Counted from the stretch's first letter, positions 34,201-45,657 are shown. The stretch: DNA of 64,000 bases from Carpediemonas membranifera BICM (GCA_019828565.1 JAHDYR010000012.1:1233680-1297679); one strand, 5' to 3'. The notes: a model not told the origin generated them from the letters alone. Translations and numbers: made by a program.

Positions 34201-34855
34201 GACCCCGGGCATACAGGGCTGGGGGGTCCGACTCGAGGGCGACGTAGCACTGCCGCAGCACCTCTATGGCCTGCTGATACTTCCTCTGGGCCAGCAAGGC
34301 GAGCCCGGCCAGATGCCGCACCATGGTGTGCTCGTGGGCAACGGAGGGGTCGCCCTCGAGCCTGCTGGCGATGGTCAGCAGCTTCAGCACCGTCGAGGCG
34401 GGGGGCATGGCGGGCCCGTCATTGAGCCTGTGGCCGAGCAGCTTGACCATCGTGGGGCGGGCATCCACTGGCGCCATGCTGCCGGTCACACCCTCAATCG
34501 TGAAGATGGCGTGGGTTACGTCCGCCGTGTAGAACACTGTGAAGCAGGACGCGTGTGTGGACGCCAACTGGCCGAAGACGGAGGAGGGGGGTGGGCCCGG
34601 GGCCATCCAGGGCGTGGTTGTCGTCGTATCGAAGGCCTGGAGAATGTCAGCCTCGTCAGTTGCCTTTCCTATGCGCATATTCGTTACTTTCAGCTGTCTA
34701 AAGTCGATAATATTGCTCCTGCTCTCGAGATCGGTGCATATGCCGTATACAAGCGTGTCTCGGGGAAGCTCAACGCGGACTAGGAGGCTATTGTTCTGTG
34801 TTTCTTGATTAGTTATGTGTAGAAAGTCTATTAGGCGGCCATCGAATGGGTTCAT
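31244..34855 (-). CDS. Large hypothetical helical protein with acidic C-terminus
   Basis: ORF of ~1200 aa with host-like codon usage; start inferred at MNPFDG. Confidence 0.75.
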   Translation of the reverse strand: MNPFDGRLIDFLHITNQETQNNSLLVRVELPRDTLVYGICTDLESRSNIIDFRQLKVTNMRIGKATDEADILQAFDTTTTTPWMAPGPPPSSVFGQLASTHASCFTVFYTADVTHAIFTIEGVTGSMAPVDARPTMVKLLGHRLNDGPAMPPASTVLKLLTIASRLEGDPSVAHEHTMVRHLAGLALLAQRKYQQAIEVLRQCYVALESDPPALYARGQVGLVTRLIMADVVATSSDTALYQAALADLVDAAGGPNSTLADAMAVLVSGLPWPKAFHTAGCQALVRLMEREAESYPGTAGPLLLACIQLLGQLKSSPDPALRALPDRASATLDMHVIPLLSPAVLGTLLSVAVHTPLFALTASALHSLTAVDVAEALAEDHMAGPLRAALVRATATCNDAGDKDRLYRAVAAAIEAVAKFSPHTVSDFTKDLLPDLLDHAPNLKSKDLILRILGPALVGPSIPPADVLAVLADVSARLQLVPASSGSILGASQVPVAPSVYGPVSPAAAGSTSSARRLEPADENLAAQLGMVGGLSVTGAAAMGELMLHANTLFTTAYQALSSLRERAEGRSGLPDDVRDGAMLHALAITAPSIHAAAAASSSPTPLQFQHLLGALTLLDLGARTSPGTTEDEAVGLWDMLVRVCCKWLPNSTLDEPFHILRMLMTRVAPEDVEALLETLVDPATMRSSVWELTIACARDELPDRSAVLAWLAATCMEGSPTRTLAILKLLDSQPDDEWPEGLWSFFPWALKHDSQSVRAAAVDVLMGQGMLDVVLEDDPVPDVVFRAFTQPDDDGVVVARPIDSGHWELAAQHAVRLLETSTWGVLHAACVEVLKKIPVTLVLRALDKADVKLSATTAAKAIASAALSEEEITESDYQNLLTAAEKCRILAGTPFVTALEDRDNHKLVETAQALLSGIRLSHFSSIRAVTPAFAKSRQSTGPPQILAMQSILTVIDPDLRWREGPIIEEALFRGRTERADRVATDVEGDDDAPLLADELDMADGFNSDIPDDSDSDDSDDDLDEIDDVGGKELPESNSLLLRDIAGRPQPGPQVIPRRPGSAPRTSNLTPVLSPAKTQVSLTDNYISMRRRTADERDARNRLILEQLREEFEEGDDDEEVAGDDADFEDFDAAGIYNDEDDEEDLDDRLDGFASPPFNPPTLEWNDEYASPRPCRTESLGGTESDSDSDVDFRAIVRRIRGR

Positions 34856-34972
34856 CGAACAACGCCGCTGGCAAAAATCTTCTGATGAGTGAACCCGCTC
34901 GGGCCTGCCCTGCCGCACCTAGCTCACGTGAACCCTGCACTAGCACACCAGCACTCCGGCGTCGCTTTATGT

Positions 34973-35905
34973 TCAATCGTTGCCCGATAGCCTCACTCCC
35001 CGATGCCCCTCCGCCTCGACCACCAGGCACGTCTGGCATACCCGGCCAGAGGACATGCCGCCGCACCTCTCGCACACGCCAGGCTTGGAGTCCTCGTGCA
35101 GTGCCCTGCTGAGCACATCCCCGACCCTCTGGATGTTGAGGGGGACGCCGCTCAAGACGCCCCCAGCTGCCCCTAGTATGGCTCTTGGCACGTTCCTGAG
35201 TCCTCTGGGCGCGTACGTGCACTCGGTGGCGAAGTAGTCCAGCCGCATAAGATGAGCGTACATGACGATGTCCCGCTGGGTACAGCGGTGCATCGGCTTC
35301 ACCCGGGGGATATCTGCCCCGTCAGTCACGGTGTTCGCGCCCCTCCCGAGCCGCGCTATGTCTGCCCGCATGAGGTTGAGGACGATTGACTCGGCCGCGT
35401 CGTCTGCATTGTGTCCCAGCGCCATCACATCAGCACCAGCTTCCCTGGAGCCCGTGAGGAGTGCGTATCGCCGCAAGACACCGCACTCTGAGCAGAGCGG
35501 CGTGGGGGCAGCACGGCGGTCGTCAATGTCGTCGAGGGACGCCCCGAAGAGGCCCTTGAATGACTTCACCACGAGCGGGAGGGAGTAGCGCTCCTGCATG
35601 CGGTACACACATGCCAGCGAGTCGTCCCTGTATCCCCGTATGCCTTCGTCGATGGCCACCATGTGGAGGTCCAGGCCAAGAGAGTGCCGCTCGTTGAGAA
35701 CGAACAGCACATGTGTTAGGACAGAGGAGTCTTTGCCCCCAGAGACACCGATAGCTACTCTCTGGCCTGGTGTGAACAGGCTATCGGCCTCGATGGTGTG
35801 AAGGACGGCATCCTCAAAGCTCTGAAAGAAGCAGGGCTTACAAAGCAGCCTTCCATCGGCAGTATACTTGATAGCCGCCATACCGCCACATATTGCGCAC
35901 CCCAT
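34973..35905 (-). CDS. CTU1: Cytoplasmic tRNA 2-thiolation protein 1 (Ncs6/Ctu1)
   Basis: SGGKDS PP-loop, DEGIRGYRDDSL, CSECGVLRR, GHNADD, YFATECTYAP, terminal CxxC pairs. Confidence 0.93.
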   Translation of the reverse strand: MGCAICGGMAAIKYTADGRLLCKPCFFQSFEDAVLHTIEADSLFTPGQRVAIGVSGGKDSSVLTHVLFVLNERHSLGLDLHMVAIDEGIRGYRDDSLACVYRMQERYSLPLVVKSFKGLFGASLDDIDDRRAAPTPLCSECGVLRRYALLTGSREAGADVMALGHNADDAAESIVLNLMRADIARLGRGANTVTDGADIPRVKPMHRCTQRDIVMYAHLMRLDYFATECTYAPRGLRNVPRAILGAAGGVLSGVPLNIQRVGDVLSRALHEDSKPGVCERCGGMSSGRVCQTCLVVEAEGHRGVRLSGND

Positions 35906-36260
35906 TGCTCTCCTCTTCAAAGGCCCATGGGAACTGCAGCCGAGTCGTGCCGGAGACTCTCGCGAGTGCCGGAGTGGTGCGATCGTTTACCGGAATAGGG
36001 CCTGCCCTCGGGAATACGATGGACGCACTGCTCGACGAGGGCCTTCGGTGGTCGGTGGTCGGTGGTCAGGCGCGTCGGGCGACAGCGCCGCTGACACACT
36101 GTCACAGGTACGGCCTCACAGTGTCCTGGGCGAGCTGTTCCCACGTGCACTAGCCCAGCCATGCTCTCCGTCAGTCGCATCCAGCCGAGCCATGCGCATG
36201 TGGGGTTTGGGTCTTCGATGCACATCCGTCATTATTCCGAGAGCGTTCACTACTTGCTAC

Positions 36261-36542
36261 TTACACCTGTCTAAGCTTGGCGACAACGGTTTGAGTAGCA
36301 AGGCCGACAGCGATTGCAATCACCGCTGCCGTCCAGATCTCCGGGACGAACAGACTCACAGCAAGCCAGGCCACGCTGGACACCACGCCCAGTGCAATAG
36401 TGATGGCCACAGATGCTGCATTTAGCGTCTCTGTGGCTGCCCTACTCACTATTTGCAGAGTAACATTTGAGACAGCAGCAAGAATAAAACCCAGCGGGCC
36501 GACGGAGCTGAGCCAGGCTAGCACTAGGCCGCATAGTTCCAT
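36261..36542 (-). CDS. Possible small membrane protein
   Basis: 93-aa ATG ORF that is almost entirely hydrophobic. Confidence 0.35.
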   Translation of the reverse strand: MELCGLVLAWLSSVGPLGFILAAVSNVTLQIVSRAATETLNAASVAITIALGVVSSVAWLAVSLFVPEIWTAAVIAIAVGLATQTVVAKLRQV

Positions 36543-37282
36543 CAGGACCCTCCCACCAACCTTAACCACGACCTTGGGCTGTGCAAGTCTCCGGGAACCG
36601 CCCCGGGTCGGCCGGCCCCGGACATGTGGGTGACATTGGGCGACAGTCATCATGGCAATGGCAACGCGCTGAGCAATATAAAGAGGCACCGCGGTGCGCC
36701 GCGCGTAGTTGGTGATAGTCCCGTCGCCGTTGAAGTGAGAGCGCCATACTTTGAAGAGGTCACGGGTGGGGCCATTTGTCGTGAGGCGTTGGTGTGAGTG
36801 AAGCTGCGGCCGAGTCTTTTCGTAAAAGAGGCACATACAGCCTTGCTGGCCATAAGGCATGGCGAGCAACAAGATTTCGAAGACGACGGGCCAACAAGTA
36901 CTCTCCTGCTGATCTCGTTTGCGATTGAGGGAACCACTGCCATCACGCGGCATAATAGCGCTTTTCTTTAGTCTGTCTGATGCAGAATCCGCTTGTGAAA
37001 GTAGGGTTTTCCTCGCCGATGATGAAATACGGCCGACTCGTCAAGATGGATTTGTATAATCCGCGTACATGTGTCCTCTGTCAGCATTGCAGTACGTACG
37101 TATTTTGTGGTCCTGATCTAACATCCATCGGCGGTACATCTTCCATTCATCGCCAATATCGGGCCTAATAAAGCCCCATGGTTGCCAGGTCACCTCAGCA
37201 GCCACCCCGGCCAATGGAGCAAGTCACATGAGAATGCTCCGGCTGGCATGCAGTACTGACATTAACTAAACCTATCCACGGT

Positions 37283-38100
37283 TTACATAGTCTCGACGGT
37301 GAGGTTCGCGATAATGTAGAGTTGGCCAGTGGCGTTCTTCCCAGTGAGGGGCAGGGCCACGCGCTGCTCGGACTTGTCAGCCAGCGCGATGAGCTCGAAC
37401 TTGGCCTCGCCGATCTTGTCATCAGAGGTGAACCGGTCGTGGTCATACACTGTGAACTCGACGACGTCGGACTTGAAGACGCCCTTCTTGATGTCCTGCA
37501 GATCGTGGCTGCCGAAGGCGAACTTGGCGTTCCACGTGGGGTTGTTTGTGTTGTTGACGTGCTCGGTCTTGTGCTTGGTGCCGTCGTACTTGACGACGAC
37601 GTAGGGGTCGGGGGTCTCGCCGGGGCACGTCACGCCGGTGGCGTTCACGACGGTGATGTCGACAGAGCCCTGGGGAACGAACTCAAGGTCGAAACGGGCG
37701 GTGCCCTGGGACTTGCCGTCGTGGCGGAGGTCGACAACGACGTTGTTGGCGAAGCGAGAGCGGCCGAGGGCACGCTGGAGATCGATGAAGCCGTCGCAGA
37801 GCTTGTCATCGCTGGTGAAGGTCTGTGTAAGCTTGGGGCGTGGCGTGGGATACACACGTCTTTGTCCATGACGACGATAGACATAGTCGTGAGCGGAACG
37901 TTCTTGAAGAAGAAAGTCTCGTTCCACACGGGAGTATAGGTGTCGGACTTGTTCTTGGTGCGGTTCTCAACGGACTTGCCCTGGCGGTTGGACATGGTCA
38001 TCTTCACGTAGGGATCAGGGGTGTCGAGGTTGATCAGAGCGTTGCTCTTCTCAATGCGGGCATCAAGGGCAGTAATTTTCAAGGTACCAACAAAGGCCAT
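37283..38100 (-). CDS. Tandem C2-domain protein, two exons
   Basis: Two DPYV...KT...P.WN..F.F...D.D.FTSDD units after splicing. Confidence 0.9.
37823..37857 (-). other. 35-nt spliceosomal intron
   Basis: GTGTGT...GCTTACACAG; splicing gives DKDTFTSDD, matching the second C2 repeat. Confidence 0.88.
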
Positions 38101-38281
38101 CTTGTATGGTTAGAATTTCCAAGGGGATGTGTCGTGATAGAATTTTTTCAAGCAATCTCAGCGTTTTTCTTGCAGATCACCGAATCGGGAGATACATTCA
38201 TGCCAGGTCACAAGAAGCCATCGACGAGAAACGCCTTTAAAACTGATGTACACGGGGCATCCGGCTCTCCTACCCGGTCCC

Positions 38282-39370
38282 TCACAGACTGCTAAGCCCC
38301 CAGCCCCCGCCCGGTGAGATGCTCCGGGGCACATCCAGATCCATTGTCCAATCGACCAGGCCGTCGACGTCCACGCCCTCACCCATCCCGCCGCCCGGGG
38401 TCCGGGGGAGGGTCTGGGAGGTCGGGGTTGGCAGCAGCTTGCCGCCACCGGGCTTGGTGTTGCCGGTATTTGCCGGTGTGCCGGTGTTGTCAAGCAACTC
38501 ATCCATGGGCTCGAATGACATGGGAATGCCCTCCCCCACGGACGGCAGGGTCCCGGTCGCCGTCCAGGGCGACTGGCCCGGCGTGAAGTCGGACTCGAGC
38601 CCGTCTACCCACGCCACGATGCCCTCCTCCTGCTGCCCTCCGATGTCGGCGGGGAACTCGGCTGCGGGGAGGTCGGCGGAGTTCAGGGTGTCGGCCGCGG
38701 TGAAGGTCGCCCTCAACCCGTCCAGCTCGCTCCTGATCCGGGCCTGGCGCCTCTCCAGCATCCTCTCCTGCTTCTCCCGCTGTGTCTGTGCGAGCGTACG
38801 CGTGGAATCAATGGCCTGCCTCTCGCGGCGGGCAATCCTCTTCAGAATCGCGGCCCCATGTCTGCTATCGGGCGCCATGCCGTTCTCCAGCAGCCTGTCT
38901 ATGGCGAGCATGTGCTCTGGGAACACTGGCCGCCACCGCCCCCCGGGAGACGTCGGGCCCACGGGCACGGGCGAAGACACGGGCGATCGGATGGGCAGAA
39001 TCAGTCGAGGCGGGGCTTCAGGCGTCGGTAATACTGCCCTGGCACCCTTGGTGTAGGCGAGGCGGTACACCGGCTGCGGGGGCCACAGAGGCGCGCCACG
39101 GACCCCGGTGAGCCTGATGGTGATGGTCACGTCGAAGATTGCGGGGTCGTGGATCTCCAGAAAGTGGGGATCAAGGTGCTTGATCAGATTCTGCTTCGAT
39201 TTCGTCCCCTCAAGCGTGTGTACTATGGCTGCGATCTGTCGAAAGATGAGACGGTCAAACTGGCACCTGACGAAGCGTTGAATAACAAGCGCTGCGTTAA
39301 TTTCTGCTTTTGAGTCTGGTGGTCGACGTTCTTGCCCTTTTTGTGGCTCTCGAAGCCACCCATTTCGCAT
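38282..39370 (-). CDS. C11orf65/MFI-like IQ-motif protein
   Basis: AALVIQRFVR, IRLTG...WPPQPVYRL, LVDWTMDLD resemble this family; start uncertain. Confidence 0.6.
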   Translation of the reverse strand: MRNGWLREPQKGQERRPPDSKAEINAALVIQRFVRCQFDRLIFRQIAAIVHTLEGTKSKQNLIKHLDPHFLEIHDPAIFDVTITIRLTGVRGAPLWPPQPVYRLAYTKGARAVLPTPEAPPRLILPIRSPVSSPVPVGPTSPGGRWRPVFPEHMLAIDRLLENGMAPDSRHGAAILKRIARRERQAIDSTRTLAQTQREKQERMLERRQARIRSELDGLRATFTAADTLNSADLPAAEFPADIGGQQEEGIVAWVDGLESDFTPGQSPWTATGTLPSVGEGIPMSFEPMDELLDNTGTPANTGNTKPGGGKLLPTPTSQTLPRTPGGGMGEGVDVDGLVDWTMDLDVPRSISPGGGWGLSSL

Positions 39371-39655
39371 TGAACGACGTTCGACGCTATCCTGCCCACT
39401 CGAACAAATGGGCTCCTGCATGTCTGCGGTATGTACAGTGGTTTGGCTGCCTTGCATGCTTTTCGGATTCATCCCAGGCCGGTGGAATTTTGCATCGGCC
39501 GGCTGGAAAGACCCAATCCCGCCAACACACTCCAATGTGGCAATGCCCAGTCCTGCCGCCCCTAGCTGCCCGTGTCCCTGGTGTCTCGTTGTTGCGAACG
39601 TTTTTTAAAACGACAAAGTTCGCTGTGTTTTGGAATGCAGCTCCCCCTTGCAGAC

Positions 39656-40750
39656 ATGGAAGCGTATGGCTTTGGAACAGCGGCACAATTATTCTATCTG
39701 TTCTTCTATTTCGTCGTTTTCCTCGTCATGACGGCTCTCGCCATTGAGGGCATCGTGATCTTGGGCACGACCATTGCTCTGCGCCTGACAGCCATCACAA
39801 AGAGCGACGGGCTCTATTCTACGATGGCAGCAAGGCTCATCTGGCTTGCTATCTTCTTCATGATCAAGTTCATCCTCGTGATCATCGAAACCTGGGTGAC
39901 GTACCTCCAACTCGCCGTCTCGGTCGCCTCAACCTCCTGGCTCTTCTCCGCCATCGATCTCTTCCTCGCAGGTGTTGCGGGTATCATCAATGCAGGCAGC
40001 GCTGGCATGAGCGGCGTCCTGCTGGCCACGGGCATCTCCTCGACCTCCACCGTCCGGAACATCTTCGTCCACAGCCACATGGGGTCGCCTCTCGTCATCA
40101 CGGATAAGGCCACGCTGCTCAACTGCCACAGTCTCTTCGAGTGGGCCGTGATTGGCCTATCCGGGGCCGGGTTCTTCGCCGTCAACATCCTGCAGCTTGC
40201 CCTGGTCAACGTACCCATCGTCGGGACCCTCATTTACTTCATTCTCTCCCAGGTTTACGTTGCATATGTAATTATCGCCGCCCTGGTCCTTCATCTCGCG
40301 CTGACAGCCGTCCGGCGATCCGGAGTCATGAACCGCCTGTCCGGCGAGGATGTCACCAACGTCTGTCTCTTCCTCAGTGTCATCGACGCGGGCTCAGCGG
40401 CGTTCCTCGTGTATATGGTGCTCACTGTCCTCGTGGCCCTCGGCTCAGTCGTATTCTCTGCCATCGGCTTCATCCAGCACCTCCTGCCGGTGATATACGT
40501 CATCGCCGCCAATGTAGTCGCCGGATACATGATCAAGTTCATGCCTTGCCGTATTGGAGAGATGCCCGTTGACCCCGGCACCGAGTTCGACACGAACATC
40601 GGGGACGACGTCATGGACCACTCGGGCGTGCCCATGATATACCCGGCCGCCTACGACTCCACGACACAGCGGTCTGCAGTCAGCACCGAGGACGTCGACT
40701 TCATCGTCGGGGGCGATGAGTCGGATGAGTCCGAGCCGCCCCTTCAGTAA
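39656..40750 (+). CDS. Multi-pass (about 7 TM) membrane protein
   Basis: Alternating hydrophobic segments and acidic tail. Confidence 0.7.
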   Translation: MEAYGFGTAAQLFYLFFYFVVFLVMTALAIEGIVILGTTIALRLTAITKSDGLYSTMAARLIWLAIFFMIKFILVIIETWVTYLQLAVSVASTSWLFSAIDLFLAGVAGIINAGSAGMSGVLLATGISSTSTVRNIFVHSHMGSPLVITDKATLLNCHSLFEWAVIGLSGAGFFAVNILQLALVNVPIVGTLIYFILSQVYVAYVIIAALVLHLALTAVRRSGVMNRLSGEDVTNVCLFLSVIDAGSAAFLVYMVLTVLVALGSVVFSAIGFIQHLLPVIYVIAANVVAGYMIKFMPCRIGEMPVDPGTEFDTNIGDDVMDHSGVPMIYPAAYDSTTQRSAVSTEDVDFIVGGDESDESEPPLQ

Positions 40751-40848
40751 ATTATTGTATAGTGCGCTGTGACGGACAGGCAGGTGCCGTGGCGTCGTGT
40801 GGTGTCGGTCGATCTCGGGGATGAAGTCGCCGCAGTCGTGGGCTTGGG

Positions 40849-42330
40849 ATGATCGATAATGCCAGGCAAGGGTGGAACAATAGCCAAGCTAGACAGCGTC
40901 GGAGAGGTTCTTTACAGAAACTACGGAAGATGAAACGCGATAGTGCTTTTTTGGCGCAGATGGAAGCTAATACTCTCTGCACGGATGCAACGGAGGAGCT
41001 TGAGACGCTTGAAGCGTCGGAAGAAGCTATTCTTGATCTCAAGTGCCACTTGAATGCGTCTGACGCCGCCGCCCGGTCCCGTGCCCTCCGTCGCCTGCAC
41101 CGCATGCTCTCGGCCCGACCTGCATCAGATACGGGGCCTCTCGGGTGGGTCGCCAAGCTCGGTGTGGTCCCATTACTAGCGGATGTGCTCTCCCAAGCAG
41201 ACCCTGCCGCTCTGTGCGTCCTGGGGTCCTTGGCGGCCTCGACCCACGCCCACGCCGTCGCAGTGATCCCTGCAGTCCCAGCCCTCATAGCTCAGCTGCA
41301 CGGGCCAGACTCCAGGACCGTGGGTCATGTGCTGTGTACATTAGCCAACGTCTCCCTCGAGGATGCAGCTGCTAAGGCCACCATCGTCACGCATGGGGCG
41401 GCCCATAAGGCTCTGCAGCTGATAGAGGCCGCCGAGAGCCTGGAGACGCGCAGTGGATGTGCCTGGGCACTGTCTTGCTTCTGCAAGGCCCCGCTGTCAT
41501 CCGAGGCTCTTGCCCTTAGTTCATCCATCGCCCAGGCCGTCACAGGACTGGTCGCCGAGCTCGCTCTAGACACGACCGCATCGGTGGCCCGCACGGTGGA
41601 GGGCATGCTGGTCGAGGTCTTGGGCGCGTTGACCACGATCGTCGAGACGGACGGCCGGGCCCTCACCGGAGCCGAGGGCCTCGCGCCCCGCCTCCTCGCA
41701 GCAGCTGCTACTCGGCCCGCGCTCACCGCCGCCTGCTTCCGACTGTTTGGAACAATCATCGCCGACGGGCCCCCCGCCGTTGTCGCCGAGCTGGGGCGGG
41801 GCGGGCTGCTGGACCTCGCCCAGACCGTCCTAGCTGCCAAGCCGACCGACACTGTGGCGTGTGAGGTGTGCTGGACGGTGTCCTCCCTGATGCTGGGCCC
41901 GCCGGACCAGGTGATGGCCGTGCTCGGGCATTCGCTGTTTGAATTCATCATTAGCTGGGCCCCGCGTGCATCCCACGCCGTTCAGTACGAGATCTGCTAT
42001 ATCCTATTGAACCTGATCAACAACGGCCGGTCGAGTGACGCCCTGCAGATGGCTGTTTACGACATGGCCGTCATTGACACCGTCGCGGAGATCCTGACTC
42101 AGGTGGTCGAGTCAGACCGTCTTAGCCTGCTCGCTATGAAGACGCTGGACAAGCTACTGGCCCACCAACCCCCGACGGGCGACTGGGCGGCGATGGCCGA
42201 GGCAGCAGGGGTCCGGGACGTGCTTGGTCGACTGACGTTCAGCTCTAACCTGCGGGTGTACGAGCAGGCGATCATGCTGCTGGACGAGTACTTCCCAGCC
42301 GACAGCGACCTGACGTCGGACGGGTGGTAG
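40849..42330 (+). CDS. Importin-alpha-like ARM-repeat protein
   Basis: IBB-like RRR...LRKMKR, W.L/VS ARM motifs, N.RVYEQAIMLLDEYF end. Confidence 0.75.
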   Translation: MIDNARQGWNNSQARQRRRGSLQKLRKMKRDSAFLAQMEANTLCTDATEELETLEASEEAILDLKCHLNASDAAARSRALRRLHRMLSARPASDTGPLGWVAKLGVVPLLADVLSQADPAALCVLGSLAASTHAHAVAVIPAVPALIAQLHGPDSRTVGHVLCTLANVSLEDAAAKATIVTHGAAHKALQLIEAAESLETRSGCAWALSCFCKAPLSSEALALSSSIAQAVTGLVAELALDTTASVARTVEGMLVEVLGALTTIVETDGRALTGAEGLAPRLLAAAATRPALTAACFRLFGTIIADGPPAVVAELGRGGLLDLAQTVLAAKPTDTVACEVCWTVSSLMLGPPDQVMAVLGHSLFEFIISWAPRASHAVQYEICYILLNLINNGRSSDALQMAVYDMAVIDTVAEILTQVVESDRLSLLAMKTLDKLLAHQPPTGDWAAMAEAAGVRDVLGRLTFSSNLRVYEQAIMLLDEYFPADSDLTSDGW

Positions 42331-42873
42331 GGGCGGGTGTCGACTCGATGCTTGGTTGTACGGTTACCTGTATCTCTTCACTAAACTTGCTGTCGGAATA
42401 TGCAGAGTCAACCGGGAGGCGGACAACGGTCGCCGACCATATTATTGCAAAGATTCGAAAACTTGTTCATCGTGGAGGTGAGTATATCATCTGGAATGGG
42501 AGTGCGGTCCTGGTGACCTCAGAAGTAACCGTACAACCAGATCACATTTTAGTGTCTGGTGGCATTGTAAAGCTAAGAGCTGACTGAGAGGGCGCCCTCT
42601 GATATCTCAGAAGCGAGATACAGGTGTCAAATGCCCCGCCCAATGGCCAAATTCAATGATGCTACCATGTTAGGGTATGAATACGTTTATTACAGCTCAT
42701 TAAGATTGATTTATTCCGTTTAGGCGTCTGTCTGCCGTGCTACGTAGGTCTGCGGCTCCGCGGTGATGGGCACCGCACGCCAGGAACGGCCTGGCCTATG
42801 ATGGGAACGGGCGGAGGGCACTGCAGTCCCGCCCAATCAATTGATGAATTGATTTGGCACATGCTGGAGAGAA

Positions 42874-43600
42874 ATGGCCGACAAGACGGCGGCCACCGCT
42901 GCCGAAGTTCAAAAACTCAAGGAAGAACTCGAAGAGGCCAAGAGGAGCCTGCAGCTCCTGAAGCAAAGCAGACGCAGAAGAAATGGGAGAAACCCAAAGG
43001 AGCCGCTCTCGAGGAAGAAGCCGACTTCCTGCAGGAGATCTACGAAGATATTCAGGAGGGAGAGGTTTCAGCGGAGGCCATCATGAACAGAATCTTCGTC
43101 CGACACAAGGTCCTCTACCTGAAGTCGAAGTTCGGATACGAAGCGGCCAGCGCCGTCACGAGGAAGCTCGACGCCATGCTACTGAAGACCCCGGAGATGG
43201 AGGAGGACGAGATCGAACAGGCCATAGCAGACAAGCTGGCAAGGATGCTGAACCTACAGATCAAGGAGGCCTTCAAGAGTGCCAAGGGTGTAAAGAGGCC
43301 GGGATATCCTCCGACTTGTACGACTCCATCTGGCCCCCTATGCCCAGACCGAACCCACATCACGTGCGACACCGTCACAGGGAGCACACTGCCCACCACA
43401 ACACCGCCAACGTTCCCCACCACACAGAAGAAGTGGAAGACCTGGGAGAGATTCGGAGCACCCCAGCAGATCGTATCCTGGATACGAGACGGCGTCCCGA
43501 TCCAGTACTCACCCCCTGTAAGACCCCCACCGATCCGCGACAACCCAGCGCTGGTGCCGCACATCGAGGAGCAGTCCACCAATGATTTCAGCAAAGTGGA
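42874..43600 (+). mobile_element. Probable DIRS-like retroelement relic (frameshifted gag plus start of RT)
   Basis: Coiled-coil gag-like ORF followed by WERFGAPQQIVSWIRDGVPIQYSPP, like the pre-RT segment of DIRS elements; the RT core is missing. Confidence 0.45.
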
Positions 43601-44242
43601 AACACTTCGATCATGGAAGGACAAGGACCAACAGGCCTGGCCTATATATAGGGCAGTGCCCCATGGAGCTCAGAAGGAGCGGCCTTGGCCTCCTGTCTGG
43701 ACATTCAAGGTGTGGTCTCTAGGACGAAGAAGGTTTTAATGAACAAGGCTAACTTCCACTGAGACTGCTGAGGACTATCTTCCTCTGCATCTTCCGCTGT
43801 CAATAAAATAGATACAAGAAATATATGGTCAGTGACCACACCGCCCCTCCATGCCGTCTCGGCATCAGAACCAGTAACTGGGATTATCTATTGGGGCAAA
43901 CACCCAACCTCAGCGAGGAATTACGAGTATTAGTATATCACAGGAGGGAACCAGCAACCACAGCGTGGGATTACTGCCAGCCGCATATGCGCGCGAACCC
44001 GTGAGGGAATTACGGCGTCCGGTAGGGTGACTGTAAGAAGTTATCTCGTTGCGCAGCGCTGCTATGTAAGTGGAGCTCCTAAGTAAATATCAGGTCTTAC
44101 CAAGGCCTAAAGTGGCTGTCAGACACCTACCAAACCTGTCTAATGTGAAAGGTAGCGTGGTGCAGGTTATGCCAACAAACTAGCGCGAAGATTGAATATT
44201 GCGCCTTATCCCTGTAATCGTTCTCTTCTTCCTATATCGAGC

Positions 44243-45580
44243 TCAATCTGAGCGTCTCTTCAGTCCTCTTGCATCCAAGAAGTCTTGGAACAAGTTATTC
44301 CCATCTAAGTTCACGAATGGCTCCCATGTTGCCTCTTCCTGTTCGTAACCGAGCCATTCAACCAGATAAGTCATGTCTTCAACATCACCGTCACCTGAAC
44401 ATTCCACAATCCGTTCAGGGATGTAATCTGCAGCAATCACCGTCAACCTCGCGATCGCTTCATCAGTCAAATTCCCGGCCTCAAACGGCAGAACTCGTGA
44501 CGCGTCCACACGGGACCGTACACCCGTCACCATGTCTTCCACCGTATAGGCCACCAGGCGGCTGTGCTGATGGTGATTCTCGACACGTCTCATCGGGCCC
44601 CGGAGGCCTGCTGCCAGCTTATCCGGGGGGCGCTCGGGATAGGCCACCAATACGAGAGGGGATGTGACCTCAGGCCGCGGGTCTGGTCCAGATTGCGAGA
44701 AAAGGACTGATGCCTTAATCCTCTCGGCCGCGATGTGTCGGCATGCTGCGGCGTCGGCCAGCCAGGTTTCCTGACCCTCGCTAATAACATCAGTCGCGCT
44801 CGGTATGAACACAACCTCCTCTGGACAACGAACAGACGAGAACCCGTAGACAATTTCAGCCGGCGTCAACCGAGTTGGTACTCTCGCGGTATTATTGAGC
44901 AACCACTGGGCGATCGGGATGCTATCGATCCATTCATTTGACGCGATGTGATAGCGACGGGCACGCAAGATCCGCTCGACCAAACTGTTGGCACGCTCGA
45001 CTATACCATTGGACTGAGGGTGATATGGGGTGGTATAGTGAGTCACAAATCCGATCCGATCTGCGAGATCCGAAAAGATTGAGTTGCGGAACTGTGTCCC
45101 ACCGTCAGACTGCAGGGTATTTGGAACCCCAAAGCGTAACACCCACGTGTTGACAAAAGCCCTTGCCGCCTCAGCTGCCGAGAGAGTCATCAAGGGGGCA
45201 AGCTCTACCCACCGACTGGACATGTCCACCATCACTAGTAGATACCGGTAGACACCCGTCTTCGTTCTCTCGGGGAACAGCTTCACCGTGTCGACGGCGA
45301 CCCGTTGGAAAGGGCGCTCCACTGCAGTATGCAACCCGGCATCCGACGTCCTCGGGGGTGCTTGCAGCACCTGGCATATCGGGCACCTCCCGATAACGCG
45401 TTGTACCATCGCCCGGTCTGCCGTGACCCCACGCTGCCTGAGCAGTTCCAATGTCGCGTGGGCTGAGAGGTGCGCCCCGGCGAAAGTGTGAGCGCTCTCG
45501 GTCGACTCCACGGTGGCGACGTCCTGGGCAATGGAGTTGACGTCTAGACGCGACAGGCCATCAGCGGCGCCGTGTGCCAT
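44243..45580 (-). pseudogene. 5'-truncated Ty3/gypsy integrase plus chromodomain
   Basis: ADGLSR, H..H/CPIC, VAVD, SDGGTQF, YHPQSNGIVER, YLVEWLGY..EEATWEP; purine tract after the stop. Confidence 0.9.
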
Positions 45581-45657
45581 TGTTGGCTTGCGCAGGTAGA
45601 TCTGTTTACATAAACTGCACTGGCTCTCACTTCCCTCCTCAAGGCGAAGCTAGCCAG

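Noticed and set aside
692-42330. Many long antisense or overlapping ORFs in the host-gene region
   Set aside because: Expected shadows of GC-rich codon usage; no motifs.
43750-44225. Possible 3' LTR after the 44243 integrase
   Set aside because: The purine tract is followed by CG, not TG, and there is no second copy to define the ends.
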